Below are positions 55,024 through 64,000 of a stretch of DNA of 64,000 bases, piece by piece. Source of the DNA: Candidatus Omnitrophota bacterium. Its GTDB lineage: Bacteria; Omnitrophota; Gorgyraeia; Zapsychrales; Fredricksoniimonadaceae. The translations under genes and the position numbers were made by a program. Position 1 is the first letter of the stretch. Every line of letters begins with the position of its first letter. The notes beneath the pieces were generated by a model. It ran no database searches. It saw nothing but the letters and a program-made list of their open reading frames with translations, and was not told the origin of the DNA. The stretch spans positions 15,345 to 79,344 of the forward strand of contig JADFYI010000001.1 in assembly GCA_015233145.1 (NCBI GenBank). Reading direction: 5' to 3'.

Positions 55024-55853
55024 TAAAAATTCCTTTCTTAAAAATGCAGGGTGCTGGCAATGATTTTATTGTGATTGATCATAAGCCAGGCCTTGATTAT
55101 CCGGCATTTGCCAAAAAAGTGTGCCACCGCAATATGGGGATTGGCGCTGACGGCGTTTTGGTGCTGGATGAATCCAGGTCGTGCGATTATAAGATGCGCA
55201 TTATCAATTCCGACGGCTCTGAGGCTGAAATGTGCGGGAACGGCGCGCGCTGCATGGCGGTTTATATTGTCAACAAATTCGCGGTTGTGCCTGAGGTTTT
55301 TACGATTGAAACCCTGGCCGGCGTTATCAAGGGCTCTGCCAAGGGCGAGCTGGCTCATGTGAAACTTTCTGATCCAAGAGACTATCGGCCGAATATTGAA
55401 CTTAAACTCGGCGACCAGAAGCTTGTGGGCCATTTTATCAACACCGGGGTCCCGCATACGATTGTTTTTGTGCAAGGCCTCTATGAATGCGACGTGAATG
55501 GTTTGGGGCGTATTATCCGCAACCATCAGTTTTTTTCTCCCCGTGGGACTAACGTGAATTTTGTTGAGAAATTAAAAGAAGGCTGTATTGCGCTGCGCAC
55601 GTATGAACGCGGCGTTGAGGCGGAAACCATGGCCTGCGGCACAGGGAGCGTGGCTGCGGCGATTGTAGGGTACCTTCAAGGCCCGCAGCCGCTCGAGGCT
55701 AAAAATGGTGCGGCTATGCGCGTGGTGACCAAAAGCGGGGAGATGCTTGATGTGACTTTTGACCTTGATTTAAAAGAGGGGAAGCCCTCCGTTACCAATG
55801 TCTGGCTGAAGGGCAGCGGAAAAGTTGTTTGCAAGGGCGAATATTATTATTGA
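55020..55853 (+). CDS. dapF: diaminopimelate epimerase
   Basis: KMQGAGNDFIVID with catalytic Cys motifs MCGNGARC and MACGTG. Confidence 0.95.
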   Translation: MIKIPFLKMQGAGNDFIVIDHKPGLDYPAFAKKVCHRNMGIGADGVLVLDESRSCDYKMRIINSDGSEAEMCGNGARCMAVYIVNKFAVVPEVFTIETLAGVIKGSAKGELAHVKLSDPRDYRPNIELKLGDQKLVGHFINTGVPHTIVFVQGLYECDVNGLGRIIRNHQFFSPRGTNVNFVEKLKEGCIALRTYERGVEAETMACGTGSVAAAIVGYLQGPQPLEAKNGAAMRVVTKSGEMLDVTFDLDLKEGKPSVTNVWLKGSGKVVCKGEYYY

Positions 55854-55874
55854 TTAAAAATAAGGAGTAACCTT

Positions 55875-56756
55875 ATGGATTTCAAAGGATGCATTGTGGC
55901 TTTAATGACACCGTTCACAGAACACAGTGTGGATGAGTGGAAGCTGGCAGAACTTGTTGATTTTCAAATTAAAAACGGCATCCGCGGCATTGTGCCTTGC
56001 GGGACGACCGGTGAATCGCCCACGTTATCGCATGAAGAGCATGACAAAATTATTGAAATCACAGTGGATGCCGCGCACAAGCGTGTTCCGGTCATTGCAG
56101 GAACAGGCTCTAATTCCACAGCAGAGGCGATCCGTTTGACACGCCATGCTGAAGAAGCCGGCGCCGACGCTGCGCTTGTGGTAACGCCTTATTACAATAA
56201 GCCGACCCAAAAGGGCCTTTATCTTCATTTTAAGGCTGTGGCTGACAGCGTGAAGATTCCGGTTGTTCTTTATAACATTGAGGGCCGCTGTGCGCGCAAT
56301 ATTGAGACCGAGACCATCAAGAAACTTGTGAAAGACTGCAAGAATATTGTTGGTGTCAAAGAGGCGTCAGGGAACCTCGAGCAGGCCAGGGCTGTGAAAG
56401 AAGCCTGCGGAAAGAAGTTTGCCCTGATTTCCGGGGATGATGCCTTGACAATCCCGATGATGAAGCTCGGGGGTGTGGGTGTTATTTCTGTTGTGGCTAA
56501 TATTGCCCCCAAGGAAACATCAACAATTGTGAATTTGATGCTTAAAGGCAATGTTAAGGAAGCAGAAGAGCGTCAGGAAAAACTGATGAAGCTCATTAAA
56601 GCCATGTTTATTGAAACAAACCCCATTCCTGTGAAGACCGCGGCAGGCCTTATGGATATTTGTTCGCCGAAAGTAAGATTGCCTTTGTGCGAGATGGAGA
56701 CGGCAAATCTTGAAAAATTAAAGCTTGTTTTAAGACAGTATAAGCTTATCAATTAG
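55875..56756 (+). CDS. dapA: 4-hydroxy-tetrahydrodipicolinate synthase
   Basis: GIVPCGTTGESPTLS, YYNKPTQ and VGVKEASGN (Schiff-base lysine). Confidence 0.95.
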   Translation: MDFKGCIVALMTPFTEHSVDEWKLAELVDFQIKNGIRGIVPCGTTGESPTLSHEEHDKIIEITVDAAHKRVPVIAGTGSNSTAEAIRLTRHAEEAGADAALVVTPYYNKPTQKGLYLHFKAVADSVKIPVVLYNIEGRCARNIETETIKKLVKDCKNIVGVKEASGNLEQARAVKEACGKKFALISGDDALTIPMMKLGGVGVISVVANIAPKETSTIVNLMLKGNVKEAEERQEKLMKLIKAMFIETNPIPVKTAAGLMDICSPKVRLPLCEMETANLEKLKLVLRQYKLIN

Positions 56757-56767
56757 GACAGGGTTAT

Positions 56768-57484
56768 ATGATTAAGTTAGCCATTAGCGGGTGTCAGGGA
56801 AGAATGGGCCAGCTTATTTCTGATCTGGCATCAAAAAATAAGAATTTTGAAATTTTTGCCTTGATTGAAAGCCCTTTGTGTAAGGATGTCCCTGAATCAT
56901 CTTATGGGGTTAAGATTTCCAAAGATATTAACGCTGTCAAAGGCGCGGATGTCCTGATTGATTTTACGCTTCCTGAGCCGACCATGAAGAGCCTGGAAGC
57001 CTGCCTGAAACATAATGTCCGCATGGTGATCGGAACCACCGGGCTTTCCGATGACGAGCGTCTCGCGATTCAAAAAGCGTCACAGAAGATTGCCATTGTC
57101 CAGTCCACAAACATGTCGGTGGGGGTTAACGTTGTGTTTGGGCTTCTTAAGACTATGGCAGCGTCGCTGAAAGGCTATGACGTGGCCATCACGGAAACGC
57201 ATCATATCCACAAGAAAGACGCGCCTTCCGGAACAGCCAAGACCATGGCCGAGGTCATAGGCGAGGTCCGGGGCAAAAAAGTGACGGATATCAGTTCTGT
57301 GCGCGAGGGCGAAGTCGTGGGCTATCATAAAGTGACTTTTGACAGCCCTGTTGACACGATTGAAATTTCCCACAATGCCAAGAACCGTGGCATGTTTGCC
57401 GAGGGAGCCATTATCGCGGCTGGTTTCCTGGCGAAAAAGAAGAATGGTTTTTATAACATGCAACAGGTTTTAGGCTTGGTTTAA
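56768..57484 (+). CDS. dapB: 4-hydroxy-tetrahydrodipicolinate reductase
   Basis: ISGCQGRMG, VIGTTGL and ETHHIHKKDAPSGTA. Confidence 0.94.
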   Translation: MIKLAISGCQGRMGQLISDLASKNKNFEIFALIESPLCKDVPESSYGVKISKDINAVKGADVLIDFTLPEPTMKSLEACLKHNVRMVIGTTGLSDDERLAIQKASQKIAIVQSTNMSVGVNVVFGLLKTMAASLKGYDVAITETHHIHKKDAPSGTAKTMAEVIGEVRGKKVTDISSVREGEVVGYHKVTFDSPVDTIEISHNAKNRGMFAEGAIIAAGFLAKKKNGFYNMQQVLGLV

Positions 57485-57498
57485 AGGAGCAGGTTTTT

Positions 57499-58668
57499 AT
57501 GTCATTGAATTTTGAGTTTTCCGACCGTTTAAAACAGCTCCCGCCGTATCTTTTTCTTGAAATTGACAAAGCCAAACGCGCAGCCCTGGCCCAGGGGCGC
57601 GATATCATTAATCTTGGCGTGGGCGACCCTGACCAAACAACTCCTCAGGTCATTATTGATGCCATGAAAAAGGCTTTGGATAATGGCGCGAACCTCCATT
57701 ATCCTTTTGACGCTGGAGTCCCGCAGTTGAGAGTTGAAATTGCCAAGTGGTTCAAGAAGCGTTTTTCTGTGGATCTTGAGCCTTCCTCAGAGATTTATCC
57801 CTTGATCGGGTCCAAAGAAGGGCTTGCCCATTTTCCGTTGGCGTTTATCAATCCCGGTGAAAAGGTTCTTTTAACCGAGCCGGCGTATCCTGCTTACCAG
57901 GCGGCCGTGGCTTTTGCAGGAGGGAAGATCCAGTACCTTCCCATCAAGGCCTCCAATGATTTTTTGCCGAAAATATCAGATATCGCGGAATCGAAAAACG
58001 CCAGGATGATTATTGTTTGCTATCCCAACAATCCGACTGCGGCTGTGGCGAATAAAGAGTTTTATGCCGAGCTTGTCAAGGTCTGCAGGGAAAAGAATAT
58101 CATCATAGTGTCGGACCTGGCGTATTCCGAAGTTTATTACGACGGCGTGAAGCCGCCGAGTATCCTGGAAGTGGAAGGCGCCAAAGAGATCGCCATTGAA
58201 TTCCATTCCTTTTCCAAAACGTATTATATGACCGGCTGGCGTTTGGGCTGGGCCTGCGGAAGCCCTTTGCTTGTTTCCGGCCTGGCCAAGGTGAAATCAA
58301 ACGTGGATTCCGGCGTTTTTAATGCCATTCAGCATGCGGGCATTGCCGCGCTTAATATTGATCCGGCAGAAGTTGAAGATATGCGCAACTGTTATCAGGA
58401 GAGGCGGGATGCCCTCATTAACGGCTGCCGTTCCATTGGCTGGAAGATTGACTTTCCAAAAGGTGCCTTTTATGTCTGGGCTAAAATCCCGTCAAAATTT
58501 TCAGACTCTATGACCTGCGTCCAGGCGTTCCTGGACCAGGCAGATATTGTCATGACCCCTGGCGTGGGCTTTGGTAAAAGCGGGGAAGGTTATGTCCGCA
58601 TGGCCTTGACTGTGCCTGTGGAGCGGATTCACGAAGCCGTGGGCCGCATGGCCAAAGTTTTACAATGA
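57499..58668 (+). CDS. dapL: LL-diaminopimelate aminotransferase-type class I aminotransferase
   Basis: LPPYLFLEIDKAK...INLGVGDPD, NNPT and SFSKTY (PLP lysine). The position between dapB and folK, with no dapD/dapC/dapE in the cluster, supports DapL. Confidence 0.7.
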   Translation: MSLNFEFSDRLKQLPPYLFLEIDKAKRAALAQGRDIINLGVGDPDQTTPQVIIDAMKKALDNGANLHYPFDAGVPQLRVEIAKWFKKRFSVDLEPSSEIYPLIGSKEGLAHFPLAFINPGEKVLLTEPAYPAYQAAVAFAGGKIQYLPIKASNDFLPKISDIAESKNARMIIVCYPNNPTAAVANKEFYAELVKVCREKNIIIVSDLAYSEVYYDGVKPPSILEVEGAKEIAIEFHSFSKTYYMTGWRLGWACGSPLLVSGLAKVKSNVDSGVFNAIQHAGIAALNIDPAEVEDMRNCYQERRDALINGCRSIGWKIDFPKGAFYVWAKIPSKFSDSMTCVQAFLDQADIVMTPGVGFGKSGEGYVRMALTVPVERIHEAVGRMAKVLQ

Positions 58669-58684
58669 TTTTTGGAGAACGCTT

Positions 58685-59080
58685 TTGTCTATTGTTTATC
58701 TCGGCTTAGGTTCCAATGTGGGGAATCGTGAAGAAAATATCCTCGCCGCTGTTAAAGGGCTTGAGGCGGGCGGCATAAAAGTCATAAAATTGTCCTCTAT
58801 CATAGAAACAGACCCTGTCGGCGGACCCGTGCAGGGTCTTTTTCTTAATGCGGTTTTAAAAGCGGAAACGAGCCTTCCCCCTTTGGAACTCCTTAAAACG
58901 TGTCAGGGGATTGAGAATGCTCTTGGCCGGGTGCGCGTTGTCAACAATGGGCCGCGGACCATTGACATTGATATCCTGCTTTATGATGATTTGAAACTGA
59001 ATGTCCCGGGCCTGGTTATTCCGCACCCCAGAATGTATGAGCGGGAATTTGTTACCCGGCCGTTACAAGAGGTTATATGA
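58685..59080 (+). CDS. folK: 6-hydroxymethyl-dihydropterin pyrophosphokinase
   Basis: TTG start. YLGLGSNVGNRE, GPRTIDIDILLYDD and PHPRMYEREFV. Confidence 0.92.
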   Translation: MSIVYLGLGSNVGNREENILAAVKGLEAGGIKVIKLSSIIETDPVGGPVQGLFLNAVLKAETSLPPLELLKTCQGIENALGRVRVVNNGPRTIDIDILLYDDLKLNVPGLVIPHPRMYEREFVTRPLQEVI

Positions 59081-59937
59081 GAATAATAAAGACGATCAAG
59101 GCGTTAAGGCTTTGTCTGGCGGGTTTTCGGCGTAAGGGCAAAACCATTGGTTTTGTCCCGACCATGGGTTATTTTCACAAAGGGCATATTTCCTTGATGA
59201 AAGCGAGCAAAAAGGCCAATGACATTACCGTGGTGAGCCTGTTCGTAAACCCGTTGCAATTCGGCCCCCGGGAAGACCTGGCAAAATACCCGAGGGATTT
59301 CAAACGCGATTCCTTGATGGCCAAAGAGGCGGGAGTGGATATTCTTTTTTGCCCATCTCCCCGGGAAATGTATCCAGGGAGCCTTTTGACGCGCATCAGC
59401 GTTGCGGAAATGTCCCAGGGGCTTTGCGGGGCCTCGCGCCCGGGCCACTTTGAAGGGGTTGCGACTGTGGTGGGGAAGCTGTTAAATATTGTCCAGCCTG
59501 ATGTCATGTGCCTCGGACAAAAGGACGCGCAGCAAGTGGCTGTCTTAAAAAAGATGGTTTTAGATTTAAATTTTCCCTTAAAACTGAACGTTGTCCCGAC
59601 CGTGAGAGAGCCCGATGGCCTGGCCATGAGCTCAAGAAATGTTTACCTTTCTCCGTCGGAAAGGAAGGAGGCTCCGGCAATTTATCGTGCCCTTAAGGCG
59701 GCCAGAGTCCTCATCCTTTCGGGTGAACTCGACGCAACGAAAATAAATTCTAAAATAAAAAAGTTGATTCTCGAGGGGACAAGTGCTAGTATCGAATATA
59801 TTTCTTGCGTCGATCCGGACAGCTTAAAGGCTGTCCGTCGGATAAAGCTTCCTGTGATGGTGGCTGTAGCCGTGCGGTTTTCTGCCGCGCGGCTCATAGA
59901 TAATATAGTGGTGACACGATCAATTGGTTCTCCATGA
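59077..59937 (+). CDS. panC: pantoate-beta-alanine ligase
   Basis: GFVPTMGYFHKGHISLM, VSLFVNPLQFGP, GQKDAQQ and MSSRN. Confidence 0.95.
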   Translation: MRIIKTIKALRLCLAGFRRKGKTIGFVPTMGYFHKGHISLMKASKKANDITVVSLFVNPLQFGPREDLAKYPRDFKRDSLMAKEAGVDILFCPSPREMYPGSLLTRISVAEMSQGLCGASRPGHFEGVATVVGKLLNIVQPDVMCLGQKDAQQVAVLKKMVLDLNFPLKLNVVPTVREPDGLAMSSRNVYLSPSERKEAPAIYRALKAARVLILSGELDATKINSKIKKLILEGTSASIEYISCVDPDSLKAVRRIKLPVMVAVAVRFSAARLIDNIVVTRSIGSP

Positions 59938-60761
59938 AGCGTTCAAGCGGTAAATTAAAGTTAGGGATCGTCGGGTGTGGCGCCATCGGTTCCCGCATGG
60001 CTTTAAGCACTCGAAAAGAATTGAGAAGCCAGTTTATGCTCTCAGCGCTTTACGACATTGATGCCGCCAAATCCCGCAAGCTGTCCGAACGGCTGAAATC
60101 TCCGCGTATTGTCAAAAAATCTCTCGCAAGCCTCCTGTCTTCTTCAGATATTATTGTTGAATGCGTTAATACCAGCGGGACCGTAGATATTGTCCGCCAG
60201 GCTTTGATGGCCAGAAAAAGCGTCCTGGCCATGAGTGTGGGGCGGCTCCTTAACCAAAAGAGCCTTTTTTCTTTAGCTGAAAGAAACAAAGTTTCACTTT
60301 TTATCCCGTCAGGAGCTATCGCAGGCCTTGACGCGGTAAAGGCCGTGACCCTGGCCGGATTTTCCACCATAACCTTAACCACGCGCAAGCCCCTGGCCGG
60401 ATTTGAGGGAAACCCCTATATTAAGGAAAAGGGCATTAACCTTAAGAACGCCAAAAAGGATGTTGTCCTGTTTGATGGGCATGCCCGGGAAGCCGTCAAA
60501 TATTTTCCTCAAAATATCAATGTGGCTGCAGCGCTCCAACTGGCTGCCGGCCCGCGCTGTGTCCTTCGGGTTAAGATTGTGGCCGCTCCTAAATTAGCGC
60601 GTAATACTCATGAAATTGTGCTCGAAGGCCCTTTTGGCCGTATTGTGACCAGGACCGAGAATGAGGTTTGCCCGGATAACCCCAAGACCAGTTATCTGGC
60701 GGTCTTGTCAGCTATCCAGACGTTAAAACAATGCTATTATCAGGTTAAAATTGGCACATAG
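59934..60761 (+). CDS. nadX: L-aspartate dehydrogenase
   Basis: LGIVGCGAIG Rossmann start and PSGAIAGLDA. The length and C-terminal domain resemble Thermotoga-type NadX. Confidence 0.72.
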   Translation: MKRSSGKLKLGIVGCGAIGSRMALSTRKELRSQFMLSALYDIDAAKSRKLSERLKSPRIVKKSLASLLSSSDIIVECVNTSGTVDIVRQALMARKSVLAMSVGRLLNQKSLFSLAERNKVSLFIPSGAIAGLDAVKAVTLAGFSTITLTTRKPLAGFEGNPYIKEKGINLKNAKKDVVLFDGHAREAVKYFPQNINVAAALQLAAGPRCVLRVKIVAAPKLARNTHEIVLEGPFGRIVTRTENEVCPDNPKTSYLAVLSAIQTLKQCYYQVKIGT

Positions 60762-60770
60762 AAAGGGATA

Positions 60771-61634
60771 GTGAATTCTATGGAAATTGTTTATGGGGTT
60801 ATTATTGGCATTGTGGTGATTTTCTTTATGGGCATCCGGATCGTCCGTCCCACACAGCGCGGGGTCGTGGAACGGCTCGGTAAATATAACCGTTATGCGG
60901 TTCCCGGGTTTAACTGGGTTATCCCGATCATTGAAAACATGTTTCTTTTAAATATTACAGAGCAGCTGATCGAGGCGTCTCCTCAGGAAATTATTACCAA
61001 TGACAACCTGAATGCCAAGGTGGATGCCCAGGTTTATTTCAAGATCCGCCCGGATGAGATGAGTATCAAAAATGCCATGTACAACGTCCAGAACTGCCAG
61101 TATCAGATTGTTAATCTGGCGCGCACCACGTTGCGCAATATTATCGGGACATTAACGCTCAAATCAGCCAACAGCGAACGCGGCAAGATTAACGCCGAGC
61201 TCTTGAATGTTCTTCTTAAGGAAACCAAAGACTGGGGCATTGAGATCGTTCGTACGGAACTCAAGGAAATTGATCCGCCCAAGGATGTTCAGGAGACCAT
61301 GAACAAGGTTGTGAAGGCGGAGAATGAAAAAATTGCGGCCATTGATTTTGCCACAGCCCGTGAGACTGAGGCTGACGGCGAGAAACGCGCCGAGATCAAG
61401 CGTGCTGAGGGTATTAAACAGGCTAAAATACTGGCGGCCCAGGGTGAGGCCGAGGCTATCCGGCTGGTGAATGAGGCTGCTAACCAGTATTTTGTGGGCA
61501 ATGCCCAGCTTTTAAGGAGGCTCGAAGCCGTTGAAACTTCTCTACAGACGAACACCAAGATTGTTGTTCCTCCGGGGAGTGACCTGGTGAATGTTATTGG
61601 CGATCTGGCAGGTGTCGCGCCAATAAAGAAATAG
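60771..61634 (+). CDS. SPFH/band-7 (stomatin-like) membrane protein
   Basis: N-terminal TM segment, VRPTQRGVVERLGKY, TNDNLNAKVDAQVYFKI, and a coiled-coil AEA-rich tail. Confidence 0.88.
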   Translation: MNSMEIVYGVIIGIVVIFFMGIRIVRPTQRGVVERLGKYNRYAVPGFNWVIPIIENMFLLNITEQLIEASPQEIITNDNLNAKVDAQVYFKIRPDEMSIKNAMYNVQNCQYQIVNLARTTLRNIIGTLTLKSANSERGKINAELLNVLLKETKDWGIEIVRTELKEIDPPKDVQETMNKVVKAENEKIAAIDFATARETEADGEKRAEIKRAEGIKQAKILAAQGEAEAIRLVNEAANQYFVGNAQLLRRLEAVETSLQTNTKIVVPPGSDLVNVIGDLAGVAPIKK

Positions 61635-61671
61635 GATGATCAAAAACACACAGTTGAAAGGGGGTGACAAC

Positions 61672-61926
61672 ATGGCTAAGAAAGTTGCAAAAGTCGGAGT
61701 GAAGAAGGAGAAGGGTTTTCTTTATTTCATCGACAAGGACGGAGACGTCTCTTCAGCGGTGATGGCCCGTGGCGCCAAAAAGGGTGGCAAACCCAAGAAG
61801 GTGGCTAAGGTCGGTATTAAGAAGGAAGCTGGCTTCCTCTATTTCATTGACAAGCAGGGAGATATTTCTTGCGCGGCAATGGTTAAGGGCGGCAAGAAAA
61901 AGGCAAAGAAGGGAAAGAAGAAGTAA
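61672..61926 (+). CDS. 84-aa lysine-rich protein built from two tandem 41-aa repeats
   Basis: ATG at 61672 after an AAAGGGGG Shine-Dalgarno sequence. [36 protein letters not shown] is followed by [36 protein letters not shown]. Confidence 0.7.
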   Translation: MAKKVAKVGVKKEKGFLYFIDKDGDVSSAVMARGAKKGGKPKKVAKVGIKKEAGFLYFIDKQGDISCAAMVKGGKKKAKKGKKK

Positions 61927-61949
61927 TTTTCCTTTTGTAGTCTTTTTAA

Positions 61950-61984
61950 ATGGCCCTCGTTTCTGGAATAGAAACGAGGGCCAT
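61950..61984 (+). terminator. strong hairpin terminator candidate
   Basis: ATGGCCCTCGTTTCT-GGAAT-AGAAACGAGGGCCAT forms a perfect 15-bp stem. The T tract after it is weak (TCATTTCC). Confidence 0.6.
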
Positions 61985-62028
61985 TCATTTCCTTGTAAGT
62001 GTCTTTGGAAATGAACGACGAAGTTAAA

Positions 62029-64000
62029 AAAGGAAAAAATGCAGTTAGATCGTATTGTCATAAAAAAAGCCAGGGAACACAACCTTAAAAACATTTCGTT
62101 AGAGCTTCCCCGTAATAAATTTATTGTGATTACAGGGTTAAGCGGCTCGGGAAAGTCTTCGCTGGCGTTTGACACGATTTATGCCGAAGGCCAGCGCCGG
62201 TATGTGGAGAGCTTGTCAGCTTATGCCCGCCAGTTTTTGGATCAGATGCAAAAGCCGGATGTGGAATCCATTGAGGGGCTCAGCCCCACCATTTCGATTG
62301 AACAAAAAACCACCAGCCGTAACCCGCGCTCCACAGTGGCCACTCAAACTGAAATTTATGACTATATGCGCCTCCTATTCGCGCGGGTGGGTGTTCCCTA
62401 TTATAAAGGACGAAAACTTGAAAAGCAGTCAGCCCAGGAGATGGTGGCGCGTATTCTAAAGTTGCCTGAAGGAACAAAGGTTAATATTTTAGCGCCCATG
62501 ATTCGCGGCAAGAAGGGGACTTATCCAGACATTCAAAAGCAGGTGATGAAAGCCGGCTTTGCCCGGTTGCGTGTGGACGGTGAAATTTACGGGGTTGAGG
62601 AAAAGTTCAAGCTCGACCGTTATAAAATCCATCACATTGATATTGTTGTGGACCGGGTGGTTGTTAAAAATGATGTGAAAAACCGTTTAACGGATTCTGT
62701 GGAAACAGCGCTTCGTGTGGGCAAGGGTGTTCTTATTGTTTCTTTTTATGATGACCAGCCGGATCTGATTTTGAGCGAGACGTTTTCTGTGCCGGATGAA
62801 GACATTAATCTTCCGGAATTGGAGCCCAGGACATTTTCTTTTAATTCCCCTTACGGCGCCTGCAGTGCGTGCAACGGGTTGGGGACAAAAATGGAAATTG
62901 ATGTGGATTCCCTGGTCACAGACCCCCAAAAACCATGGGTTTCAGCCATTGTGCCCTGGAAAAAGGGACAGCGGGGGTACATGATGTATTATCGCGCTGT
63001 GCTTCGGGAACTGGCCGGGCTTTATGATATTGATGTGACATGCCCTTTTAAGAAACTTCCCAGGGATTTTAAACGCCGTGTGCTTTTTGGCGGGGAAGAC
63101 ATTATCTGGGGCAGGAAATTTGAGGGTGTAACCGGGTATCTTGAGCGCCTGTTCCGGGAAACAGACAGCGAGTGGCTTAAAGAAGAGATTGCCAGGTTTA
63201 TGTCCGAGGCGCCCTGTCCGGTGTGCGAGGGTCGGCGTTTAAAAAGAGAAACCCTTATGGTGCTTGTGGCAGGCAAGAATATTGCCGAGATAACAAAGTT
63301 TTCTATTGTCGAAGCCAGGAAATTTTTTACCAAAATAGATCTTCCCAAAGAGGGAAAACTTGTTGCCGAGCCGATCCTCAAGGAAATTAACCGCAGGCTG
63401 GATTTTTGCATCAACGTGGGGCTTGAGTATCTGACGCTTGACCGACGCAGTTCAACGCTCTCAGGCGGCGAGGCCGAGCGCATCCGTTTGGCGACTCAAG
63501 TGGGCTCAGGCCTGGTGGGCGTTGTTTATGTCCTGGATGAGCCGTCGATCGGGCTTCATCAGAAAGATAATGAACGGCTTTTATCAAGCCTTCATGCGCT
63601 TCGGGATTTAGGCAATACCCTTATTGTGGTCGAGCATGATGAAGACACGATCCGCAAGGCGGATTATGTGGTTGACCTGGGGCCTGGCGCCGGGGAATAT
63701 GGCGGCAAGATCCTTTACGCGGGGCCGGTGGATGGGCTTTTGACGTCACAAGAGTCTTTGACCGGGCAATATTTAAGAGGGGAGCTCAAGATCGAACTGC
63801 CGCTTCAGCGCCGGAAGATCGACCCGGCATACGCCATTACCATCAAAGCTGCCGGCGCACACAACCTGAAAAATATTGATGTGAGCATCCCTCTGGGGAC
63901 ATTTGTGTGCGTGACAGGGGTTTCAGGCTCCGGGAAATCCACGCTCGTGGATAATGTGTTATATAAAGCGCTTGCCCAGCGTATTTATAAAACCCGCGAA
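62029..64000 (+). CDS. uvrA: excinuclease ABC subunit A, 3' end outside window
   Basis: The frame is open from ATG 62029 to the window edge. It is absent from the ORF track because no stop is reached. Motifs include [62 protein letters not shown], and a second Walker [11 protein letters not shown]. Confidence 0.96.

Overview
This 64-kb window is a densely coded bacterial chromosome segment with about 60 protein genes and two tRNA-Ser genes. I found no rRNA, CRISPR array, transposase, integrase or phage gene. Most of it is housekeeping. From left to right: mntH (5' end cut by the window), usp, an orphan response regulator and serS. Next comes a small accessory patch at 4.0-8.8 kb holding hypothetical secreted and membrane proteins and glycosylation genes. 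After that come a CDP-hexose cluster (rfbG, epimerase, rfbF) and an aryl-acid module (paaK, ACT, paaI, small accessory peptide, SSS symporter). The middle of the window holds a 1116-aa exported multidomain protein, a ygiD-like gene, a fused membrane/spermidine-synthase-like gene, miaB, nadA, metXW, lhgO and nfu-sufBCDSU. It continues with murB, ispH and ispG, folE-folB, fxsA, fabG-acpP-fabF, a leuB-like gene, asd, truA and rplM-rpsI. A roughly 15-kb same-strand run follows (argCJBDFGH-lysA-dapF-dapA-dapB-dapL-folK-panC-nadX-SPFH), then a small tandem-repeat basic protein and uvrA (3' end cut by the window). The sequence style and the large exported protein suggest an uncultivated lineage, possibly Omnitrophota-like, but that is a low-confidence guess from memory. 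Five items look most unusual. (1) A 100-nt intergenic core occurs twice, after miaB and between sufC and sufD. The copies are 89/100 identical, 6 of the 11 differences fall in three compensatory pairs, and each copy is enclosed by its own copy-specific stem. This is a candidate structured RNA or a hairpin-targeting mini-element. (2) A separate 170-nt rod-like palindrome fills the sufB-sufC spacer. (3) Two tandem covarying hairpin units sit directly upstream of tRNA-Ser(UGA), followed by a leader hairpin that pairs with the first nucleotides of the tRNA. (4) The exported 1116-aa protein has a core resembling a class-3 fructose-1,6-bisphosphatase metallophosphoesterase. (5) An AT-rich GT-C glycosyltransferase gene is bracketed by 45-bp direct repeats. 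All functional calls come from reading the translations. No database search was run.
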